Shown: positions 23,880 through 33,567 of the stretch, piece by piece
How the letters are laid out: each line of letters starts with the position of its first letter
Position numbering within the stretch: position 1 is the first letter of the stretch
Assembly: GCA_038087875.1 (NCBI GenBank)
Contig: CM075981.1
Span: 20,336,001 to 20,400,000, forward strand
DNA: 64,000 nt
Reading direction: 5' to 3'
From: Malacoraja senta
Taxonomy: Eukaryota
The notes under the pieces: model-generated
What the model was told of the DNA's origin: nothing
Seen by the model: the letters and a program-made list of their open reading frames with translations, nothing else
Database searches by the model: none
Translations under genes and position numbers: made by a program

Positions 23880-25496
23880 CAGTGGCTTGCAAAAGTATTC
23901 ATACCCCTTGAACTTTTCCACATTTTGTCACGTTACAACCACAAACGTAAATGTATTTTATTGGGATTTTATGTGATAGACCAACACAAAGTGGCGCATA
24001 ATTGTGAAGTGGAAGGAAAATGATACATGGTTTTCAAATTTTTTTACAAATAAAAAACTGAAAAGTGTCACGTGCAAAAGTATTCAGCCCCTTTTACTCT
24101 GATACCCCTAAATAAAATCCAGTGCAACCAATTGCCTTCAGAAGTCACCTAATTAGTAAATAGAGTCCACTTGTGTGTAGTCTAATCTCAGTATAAATAT
24201 AGCTGTTCTGCGAAGGCCTCAGAGGTTTGTTAGAGAACATTAGTGAACAAACAGCATCATGAAGCCCAAGGAACACACCAGACAGGTCATGGATAAAGTT
24301 GTGGAGAAGTTTAAAGCAGGGTTAGGTTATAAACAAATATCCCAAGCTTTGAACATCTCACGGAGCACTGTTCAATCCATCATCCGAAAATGGAAAGAGT
24401 ATGGCACAACTGCAAACCTACCAAGACATGGCCGTCCACCTAAACTGACAGGCCGGGCAAGGAGAGCATTGATCAGAGAAGCAGCCAAGAGGCCCATGGT
24501 AACTCTGGAGGAGCTGCAGAGATCCACAGCTCAGGTGGGAGAATCTGTCCACAGGACAACTATTAGTCATGCACTCCACAAATCGGGCCTTTATGGAAGA
24601 GTGGCAAGAAGAAAGCCATTGTTGAAAAAAAGCCATACGAAGTCCCGTTTGCAGTTTGCCACAAGCCATGTGGGGGACACAGCAAACATGTGGAGGAAGG
24701 TGCTCTGGTCAGATGAGACCAAAATTGAAGTTTTTGGCCTAAATGCAAAACGCTATGTGTGGCGGAAACCTAACACTGCACATCACCCTGAACACACCAT
24801 CCCCACTGTGAAACATGGTGGTGGCAGCATCATGCTGTGGGGATGCTTTTCTTCAGCAGGGACAGGGAAGCTGGTCAGAGTTGATGGGAAGATGGATGGA
24901 GCTAAATACAGGGCAATCTTGGAAGAAAACCTGTTAGAGTCTGCAAAAGACTTGAGACTGGGGCGGAGGTTCACCTTCCAGCAGGACAACGACCCTAAAC
25001 ATACAGCCAGAGCTACAATGGAATGGTTTAGATCAAAGCATATTCATGTGTTAGAATGGCCCAGTCAAAGTCCAGACCTAAATCCAATTGAGTATCTCTG
25101 GCAAGACTTGAAAATTGCTGTTCACAGACGCTCTCCATCCAATCTGACTGAGCTTGAGCTATTTTGCAAAGAAGAATGGGCAAAAATTTCAGTCTCTAGA
25201 TGTGCAAAGCTGGTAGAGACATACCCCAAAAGACTTGCAGCTGTAATTGCAGCAAAAGGTGGTTCTACAAAGTATTGACTCAGGGGGGCTGAATACTTTT
25301 GCACGTGACACTTTTCAGTTTTTTATTTGTAAAAAAATTTGAAAACCATGTATCATTTTCCTTCCACTTCACAATTATGCACCACTTTGTGTTGGTCTAT
25401 CACATAAAATCCCAATAAAATACATTTACGTTTGTGGTTGTAACGTGACAAAATGTGGAAAAGTTCAAGGGGTATGAAAACTTTTGCAAGCCACTG
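23880..25496 (+). mobile_element. Tc1/mariner DNA transposon copy 2, full length (1617 bp), Passport-like IR/DR type
   Basis: TA flanks at 23878-79 and 25497-98. TIRs at 23880-24091 and 25285-25496. Near-identical to copy 1 in the opposite orientation. Confidence 0.97.
24259..25278 (+). CDS. Tc1 DD34E transposase (339 aa), copy 2
   Basis: Open ORF with D152/D243/E278 (34-aa spacing), KHGGGSIMLWG and the C-terminal AAKGGSTKY. Confidence 0.95.
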   Translation: MKPKEHTRQVMDKVVEKFKAGLGYKQISQALNISRSTVQSIIRKWKEYGTTANLPRHGRPPKLTGRARRALIREAAKRPMVTLEELQRSTAQVGESVHRTTISHALHKSGLYGRVARRKPLLKKSHTKSRLQFATSHVGDTANMWRKVLWSDETKIEVFGLNAKRYVWRKPNTAHHPEHTIPTVKHGGGSIMLWGCFSSAGTGKLVRVDGKMDGAKYRAILEENLLESAKDLRLGRRFTFQQDNDPKHTARATMEWFRSKHIHVLEWPSQSPDLNPIEYLWQDLKIAVHRRSPSNLTELELFCKEEWAKISVSRCAKLVETYPKRLAAVIAAKGGSTKY

Positions 25497-27779
25497 TATA
25501 AGCACTGATACGCATATCTTAGCTAAGCATCTCAGATACAGTACGTATAGCAATAGTACACTAAGACAGTATACATAGATGCCAGTTTGGCACAATTTTC
25601 ATGTCCCAGTTGTAAGTGCAGGGTTCTTAACCTGACAGTGAAGGCCCGTTGTCCTGGTGACATTGGCTTGGCCTAGTGTAGCCGTTGGTGTCCTCTGCCA
25701 CTGCTCCACTCCTAGGCCTCTTGGAGTAGTGTCTGGTCCAGCTGAGCCCCAGGCCACTCCAATGTTGATGCAGTGCCTCATATTCCACTTGGGTAGCTTA
25801 CAACCCAAAGGTTTGAACAGTGAATTCTTCATTCTCAAGTAATACCTCCTCCCCTCCCTCTCTCCCACCTGCCCCTTCTCATCCTGGTACACACACATTT
25901 CCCACACCATCTCTCATCCCCCACACTCATCTTGCTCATTCCCATTCCTTCCCCCACTCACCTCCCATCCCAAATCCCATATTTCCCTTTCATCTCTCTT
26001 CTTTCCCCTCCCCCGTCCCCTTCCACCCATATCCCTTTCTACATTTCACTCCTCCTATTCCTTCCTTCTCTGACACCTTTTGTCTCTTTCACCTCCAGCC
26101 TTTGTCACTCACTCCACCCATCTGTCAATCCACACCTCAAGCATAATCAAGGACCAGTCCCACCCCAGTCATTTTCTCTTCTCCCCTCTCCCATCAGGCA
26201 AGAGGTATAGAAGTGTGAAAACGCACACCTCTAGATTCAAGGACAGCCGTTATCAGGCAACTGAACCATCCTATCAACAACTAGAGTGTGGTCTGAGGAA
26301 GGGTCTTGACCCAAAACGTCACCCATTCCTTCTCTCCAGAGATGCTGCCCATCCCGTTGAGTTACTCCAGCATTTTGTGTCTATCTTCGGTTTAAACCAG
26401 CATCTGCAGTTCCTTTCTACACATGTGGTCCTGACCTCCCATCTATCTAAATGGAGACCATCAAACTGTATTTAATTAGACATTACTGGACTTCATCTTA
26501 CACTGAATGTTATTCCTTTTATCCTGTATCTGTACGCTATGGATGGCTTGATTGTAATCATGTATAGTCTTTCCACTGACTGTTTAGCACACGACAAAAG
26601 CTTGTCACTGTACCTCGGTACGCCTGACAATAAACTAAACTAAACATTTTTAGCAATTATGACCGCAAGAGTGTAGAAAACATAACCAACCTGAAATTTT
26701 CAAAGAACGATAATTTTGCAATCTCCTTCATCAGCTGTTCTGATAATCACTGCATGCATGTTCAATCACAGGCACCAGGATTGGGGCGATCTTTCTTGGA
26801 ATCAGTTCCACGTGGAAGTTTAATCGAGAAAGCTTTACAGATCCCGACAGGTGACATGAATAGAACTCTTGCCAAAAGTATGCAGTAACTAGGCTGTGCT
26901 CGGTGCTACGTTCTGCATAATAATAATACATTTACCCGTTCACTCAACTGAGCTTTATTATAATAATATGTTTTTGAGATGTCATTAATCATTTATGCCT
27001 GCTCTCATTTAGGAATGTTATAAATTTCCAGGAGCTTTTGGGGCAGGGGACTGGCTCAGCGGTAGAGTTGCTGCCTCCGCACCAGAGACCCGGGTTCGAT
27101 CCTGACGACGGCTGCTGTCTGTACAGAGTTTGTACATACTCCCTGTGACCATGTGGGTTTTCCCTGGGTGCTCCGGTTTCCTCCCACACTCCCAAAGACG
27201 TACAGACTTGTAGGTTAATTGGTTTCGGTAAAATTGTAAATTATCCCTAGTGTGTAGGATAATGCGAGTGTGCGGGGTGATTGCTGGATAGCGCAGACTC
27301 GGTGGGCGAAGGGCCTGTTTCCGTGCTGTATCTCTAAAGTCTAAAGTAATATCAGAACTAGGGTCACTTTTGACAGAGCGGGGCAAAGAAATTCGTCTTA
27401 TTTTTCTGAATACCTCAGAAGCAGCAGAGTATAATGACCTGTTGGCAAAATATTTGGCTTATGTAATCAGCGGTCGTGTGATAATGTCTCATAGAGTTTT
27501 TTTACTATTCTGAAAGAATGGGGTTTGGCAATTTAAGAGTCATTCAGTCAGTATAACTATTGACTCGTGGAATCATTCATAACTGCTTTCAGAGAACTAT
27601 TTTAGTTTTATATACCACGCATGTTTAACATGAATATTTTTAGTTATGTTACTGATCTGTTTGATAAGCTGTTTGAAAAACACACAATGTAACAGGTTCC
27701 CTTTGATCAAAGGCACTGAAAAACTGCTGTGGGATTACAGCCCCTTTAGACTGCATCCTGGTACACAATTTCCTTCCAT

Positions 27780-30700
27780 GAAAATTAGCAAATTTGCAGA
27801 TGACACAAAGCTGGGTGGCAGTGTGAACTGTGAGGAGGATGCTATGAGAATGCAGGGTGACTTGGACAGGTTGGGGGAGTGGGCAGATGCATGGCAGATT
27901 TTTAATGCGGATAAATGTGAGGTTATCCACTTTGGTAGCAAAAACAGGAAGGCAGATTACTATCTAAATGGCGTCAAGTTGGGAAAATAGGAAGTACAGC
28001 GGGATCTGGGGGTCCTGGTTCATCAGTCTATGAAAGTAAGCATGCAGGTACAGCAGGCAGTGAAGAAAGCGAATGGCATGTTGGCCTTTATAACAAGAGG
28101 AGTCGAGTATAGGAGCAAAGAGGTCCTTCTGCAGTTGTACAGAGCCCTAGTGAGACCACACCTGGAGTATTGTGTGCAGTTTTGGTCCCCTAATTTGAGG
28201 AAGGACATTCATAGATACATAGATACATAGAAAATAGGTGCAGGAGTAGGCCATTCGGCCCTTCGAGCCTGCACCGCCATTCAATATGATCATGGCTGAT
28301 CATCCAACTCAGTATCCTGTACCTGCCTTCTCTCCATACCCCCTGATCCCCTTAGCCACAAGGGCCACATCTAACTCCCTCTTAAATATAGCCAATGAAC
28401 TGGCCTCAACTACCCTCTGTGGCAGAGAGTTCCAGAGATTCACCACTCTCTGTGTGAAAAAGTTTTTCCTCATCTCGGTCTTAAAGGATTTCCCCCTTAT
28501 CCTTAAGCTGTGACCCCTTGTCCTGGACCTCCCCAACATCGGGAACAATCTTCCTGCATCTAGCCTGTCCAACCCCTTAAGAATTTTGTACGTTTCTATA
28601 AGATCCCCTCTCAATCTCCTAAATTCTAGCGAGTATAAGCCAAGTCTATCCAGTCTTTCTTCATATGAAAGTCCTGACATCCCAGGAATCAGTCTGGTGA
28701 ACCTTCTCTGCACTCCCTCTATGGCTATAATGTCCTTCCTCAGATTTGGAGACCAAAACTGTACGTAATACTCCAGGTGTGGTCTCACCAAGACCCTGTA
28801 CAACTGCAGTAGAACCTCCCTGCTCCTATACTCAAATCCTTTTGCTATGAAAGCTAACATACCATTCGCTTTCTTCATTGCCTGCTGCACCTGCATGCCT
28901 ACTTTCAATGACTGGTGTACCATGACACCCAGGTCTCGCTGCATCTCCCCATTTCCTAATCGGCCACCATTTAGATAATAGTCTGCTTTCCTGTTTTTGC
29001 CACCAAAGTGGATAACCTCACATTTATCCACATTATACTGCATCTGCCAAACATTTGCCCACTCACCCAGCCTATCCAAGTCACCTTGCAGTCTCCTAGC
29101 ATCCTCCTCACAGCTAACACTGCCCCCCAGCTTAGTGTCATCCGCAAACTTGGAGATGTTGCCTTCAATTCCCTCATCCAGGTCATTAATATAGATTGTA
29201 AATAGCTGGGGTCCCAGCACTGAGCCTTGCGGTACCCCACTAGTCACTGCCTGCCATTGTGAAAAGGACCCGTTTACTCCTACTCTTTGCTTCCTGTTTG
29301 CCAGCCAGTTCTCTATCCACATCAATACTGAACCCCCAATACCGTGTGCTTTAAGTTTGTATACTAATCTCTTATGTGGTACCTTGTCGAAAGCCTTCTG
29401 AAAGTCCAGATACAACACATCCACTGGTTCTCCCCTATCCACTCTACTAGTTACATCCTCGAAAAATTGTATAAGATTCGTCAGACATCATTTACCTTTC
29501 GTAAATCCATGCTGACTTTGTCCAATGATTTCACCACTTTCCAAATGTGCTGCTATCCCATCTTTAATAACTGACTCTAGCAGTTTCCCCACTACCGATG
29601 TTAGACTAACTGGTCTGTAATTCCCCGTTTTCTCTCTCCCTCCCTTCTTAAAAAGTGGGGTTACGTTTGCTACCCTCCAATCCTCAGGAACTACTCCAGA
29701 ATCTAAAGAGTTTTGAAAAATTATCACTAATGCATCCACTATTTCTGGAGCTACTTCCTTAAGTACTCTGGGATGCAGCCTATCTGGCCCTGGTGATTTA
29801 TCGGCCTTTAATCCATTCAATTTACCCAACACCACTTCCAGACTAACCTGGATTTCACTCAGTTCCTCCATCTCCTTTGACCCGCGGCCCCCTGCTATTT
29901 CCGGCAGATTATTTATGTCTTCCTTAGTGAAGACGGAACCAAAGTAGTTATTCAATTGGTCCGCCATATCCTTGTTCCCCATGATCAATTCACCTGTTTC
30001 TGACTGCAAGGGACCTACATTTGTTTTAACTAATCTCTTTCTCTTCACATATCTATAAAAACTTTTGCAGTCAGTTTTTATGTTCCCTGCCAGTTTCCTT
30101 TCATAATCTATTTTCCCTTTCCTAATTAAGCCCTTTGTCCTCCTCTGCTGGCCTCTGAATTTCTCCCAGTCCTCTGGTATGCTGCTTTTTCTGGTTAATT
30201 TGTACGCATCATCTTTTGCTTTGATACTATCCCTGATTTCCCTTGTTGTCCACGGATGCACTACCTTCCCTGATTTATTCTTTTGCCAAACTGGGATGAA
30301 CAATTTTTGTAGTTCATCCATGCAGTCTTTAAATGCCTTCATTGCATATCCACCGTCAACCCTTTTAGAACTAATTGCCAGTCAATCTTGGCCAATTCAC
30401 GTCTCATACCCTCAAAGTTACCTTTCTTTAAGTTCAGAACCGTTGTTTCTGAATTAACAATGTCACTTCTTGCTATTGAGGGAGTGCAGTGTAGGTTTAC
30501 AAGGTTAATTCCCGGGATGGCGGGACTGTCATATGCCGAGATAATGAAGCAGCTGGGCTTATACACTCTGGAGTTTAGGATGAGAGGGGATCTTATTGAA
30601 ACATATAAGATTGTTAAGGGTTTGGACACGCTGGAGGCAGGAAACATGTTCCCGATGTTGGGGGAGTCCAGGACCAGGGGCCACAGTTTAAGAATAAGGG

Positions 30701-30980
30701 GTAAGCCATTTAGAACGGAGACGAGGAAACACTTTTTCTCACAGAGAGTTGTGAATCTGTGGAATTCTCTGCCTCAGAGGGCGGTGGAGGCAGCTCTCTG
30801 GATGCTTTCAAGAGAGAGCTGGATAGGGCTCTTAAAGATAGAGGAGTCAGGGGATATGGGGAAAAGGCAGGAACGGGGTACTGATTGGGGATGATCAGCC
30901 ATGATCACATTGAATGGCGGTGCTGGCTCGAAGGGCCGAATGGCCTAATCCTGCACCTATTGTCTATTGCCTATTGTCTA
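27780..30980 (+). mobile_element. Older CR1 3' fragment (27780-28210 + 30467-30980) split by the younger antisense CR1
   Basis: The coding text KFADDTKL...WSPNLRKDI resumes as [15 protein letters not shown] across the insertion. Ends in a ctattgt-type tail. Confidence 0.9.
28211..30466 (-). mobile_element. Young 5'-truncated CR1-clade LINE carrying an RT domain
   Basis: ORF pieces 29488-30342 and 28309-29442 give NYRPVSLTSVVGK, QHGF, DFQKAFDKVPH, GVPQGSVLGP and KFADDTK, with frameshifts near 30340 and 29490. Ends in a (CTATGTAT)n tail at 28211-28230. TTC occurs on both sides. Confidence 0.95.
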
Positions 30981-31164
30981 AAATACTCAAAAATACATTA
31001 CGGGCGGTTCATCTAGTGAGGCTATATGGGAGGAGCTGAGGAACAAGAATAAGGGGTAAGCTATTTAGAACGGAGACGATGATCACCTTGTTGGAGGTGT
31101 ACTACAGACCCCCAAATAGTCAATGGTAATTAGAAGAACAAATATGCCAAGGGATTGCAGACAG

Positions 31165-31648
31165 ATAGTGAAGATGTTAGGCGAGGCCTAACATCGCCCG
31201 GCGCGGGTTAGCGGCCACGGGACTTACCATCGTCTGCCGGGGGCTTTAACATCGGAGCCCCAGTTCGCCTAGACGCTGCAGTTGGACTGCGGGTTGGACT
31301 GCTTGAACCGCGGGGTTTGAAGGACACGGAGCCGGGGCCTGGCATCGCCCGGTGTGGCTAAATGGCCACAGGACTTACCATCGTCCGCCGGGGGCTTTAA
31401 CACCGGAGCCCCAGTTAGCCTAGACGCTGCAGTTGGACTGCTGGACCGCGGGTGAAGAATAAAGGGAAGAGATAAGACTTTGCCTTCCATCACAGTGAGG
31501 AGGTGTTGGAGACTCACTGTGATGGATGTTTATGTAAACTGTGTTAAGTGTGGGTCTTGTTTTTTTTTGTAATGTAAAAAAAAACTGTAGTAATGATATT
31601 TCGTTCAAGCCTAGGTTTGAATGACAATAAAGAGCATTCTATTCTAAG
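31165..31648 (+). mobile_element. 5'-truncated copy of the GC-rich non-autonomous element, with an internal ~155-bp tandem duplication
   Basis: The unit catcgcccgg...ggacttaccatcg...gacgctgcagttggactgc occurs twice. 14-bp stem-loop at 31486-31526; tail at 31620-31648. Confidence 0.7.
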
Positions 31649-31649
31649 A

Positions 31650-32515
31650 TGGTTTTGAAAAATTGCAGCAGGATCTTGATCGGTTGGCCAGATGGGCTGA
31701 GGAATGGTTGATGGAATTTAATACAGAGAAACGTGAGGTGTTGCATTTTGGGAAGTCTAACATGGGCAGGACCTACACAGTGAATGTTAGGGCTCTGGAG
31801 AGTGTTGTAGAAGACAGGGATCTAGGAGGGCAGGTGCATGGTTCCTTGAAAGTGGAGTCGCAGGTAGATAGGGTGGTCAAAAAGGCTTTTTGCACATTGG
31901 CCTCCATCAGGCAGAGTATTGAATTTAGAAGTTGGGAGGTCATGTTGCAGTTGTATAAGACTTTGGTGAGGCCACATTCAAAGTATTCTGTTCAGTTCTG
32001 GGCACCATGTTATAGGAAAAATGTTGTCAAGTTGGGAAGGGTACAGAGAAGATTTACGAAAATGTTGCCACGACCAGAGGGTCTGAGCTATAGGGAGAGT
32101 TTGAGTAGGCTGAGACTCCATTCCTTGGAATGCAGGAGGATGAGGGGTGATCTTATTGAGATGTATAAAAGCATGAGAAGAATAGATCGGGTAGATGCAG
32201 AGTCTCTTGCCCAGAATGGGTGAATTGAGGACCAGACGACAAAGGTTTAAGGTGAAGGGGAAAAGATTTAATAGGAATCTGAGGGGTAACTTTTTCACAC
32301 AGAGGGTGGTGGGTATATGGAACAAGCTGCCAGAGGAGGTAGTTGAGGCAGGGACTATCCCAACGTTTAAGACACAGTTGGACAGGTACATGGGTAGGAC
32401 AGGTTTGGAGGGATATGGACCGAACGCGGTCAGGTGGGACTAGTGTAGCTGGGACATGTTGGCCTGTATGGACAAGTTGGGCTGAAGGGCCTGTTTCTAT
32501 GCTGTATCACTCTAC
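31650..32515 (+). mobile_element. CR1/HER1-like LINE 3' fragment
   Basis: LQQDLDRL..WAEEWLMEFN, VRPH..Y.VQFWAP, FFTQRVVGIWNKLPEEVVEAG, followed by the gggcctgtttc tail shared with the SINEs. Confidence 0.9.
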
Positions 32516-32799
32516 AACTAGAGGTATGGAAAGCTACAGAACAAATCGGAGTCAGCACCGATGACTTAGGAAAGATGGAGCCCACAATGATCAATTGTTG
32601 GCTGTGGAAGACATGATAACAAAGGGATACAAATACAAGACGACTAGGGTGAGGGAGGGATGGAGAGAGAGGGAATGCAAGGATTACTTGAAATGAGAGA
32701 AATCAATAATCATACTGCTGGGTTGTAAGCTGCCCAAACAATTGATAATGTGGTACAATATCACGCCATTTGAACTGGCCACAGATGACACTCAAAACG

Positions 32800-33245
32800 G
32801 GCTGGCACTGTGGTGCAGCGGTAGAGTTGCTGCCTTACAGCACCGGAGACACGGGATCGATCCCGACTACGGGTGCTGTCTGAATGGAATTTGTATGTTC
32901 TCCCCGTGACCTGTGTGAGTTTTCTTCCGGGTCCCTCGGTTTCCTCCCACACTCCAAAGATGTAAGGATTTGTCGGTTGATTGGTTTCGGTAAAATTGTG
33001 AATTGTCCCTTGTGTGTGTAGGATAGTGTTAGTGTGTGAGGATGGCTGGCCAGCACAGACTCGGTGGGCCGAAGGGCTGTTATCTCTAAACTAAATTAAA
33101 CTAAGATGTTGAATGTAGCTGGTTACTCCTAACGGCTACTTTAGATTATTTGTGAAAGTAAATAGATAATTGGGAATATTGGAATATATGTCAATGAGAT
33201 ACATATTTATACAGCCCACGCTGTATCTCTAAACTAAACTAAACT
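32800..33245 (+). mobile_element. HE1-like V-SINE interrupted in its tail by a templated insertion
   Basis: SINE body at 32800-33077. The tail ccacgctgtatctctaaactaaac resumes at ~33216. Confidence 0.85.
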
Positions 33246-33406
33246 TAAATATCCAAAGCTAACGTTTGAGCTTGGGCTTCTTGCTCAGAATTTTGGCAGC
33301 AGCTTGAACCTTACCGAGATCATTTATGTGTGTTGTCGGGTGTGCAAGACATTCCCGTTGGCAATAATGATTAATACTTGCAGTTTATATTGTGTTTCTC
33401 TGTCAG

Positions 33407-33567
33407 ACCTGCTGATGAACGCCAGTTGTATCCCATTTCACGGATCAGCCGAAAGTTCAAGTTTCCAGTCTTTATTAATAGACGAAGAAAGGGGCAGACT
33501 ACTGGTCGGAGCGAAGGATCTGATTTATGTCTTGAGTCTGGAAAATCTGAACAAGGAACCCGAAAAG
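33407..33567 (+). CDS. sema3d-like: SEMA3D-like coding exon 2 (start of Sema domain)
   Basis: tgtcag| acceptor, aag|gtacaa donor, 161 nt. (D)LLMNASCIPFHGSAESSSFQSLLIDEERGRLLVGAKDLIYVLSLENLNKEPEK resembles SEMA3D DLLLSNSCIPFLG...LLDEERGRLLLGAKD. Confidence 0.95.

Larger units (their letters stand above)
23590..26130 (+). mobile_element. Degenerate Penelope-like remnant (~23590-23787 and ~25770-26130) interrupted by later insertions including Tc1 copy 2
   Basis: CMRCSRCDLLYI (degenerate GIY-YIG) on the left; LIFHLGSLQPKGLNSEF (ORF end) and a pyrimidine-rich 3'UTR on the right. Confidence 0.55.

Noticed and set aside
20642-25496. The Tc1 pair having inserted as one composite transposon
   Set aside because: The empty-site copy at 33078-33193 joins both flanks of copy 1, so the spacer was already adjacent host DNA.
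32800-32875. tRNA-like sequences with A/B boxes
   Set aside because: They are SINE heads followed by the V-domain, not cloverleaf tRNA genes.
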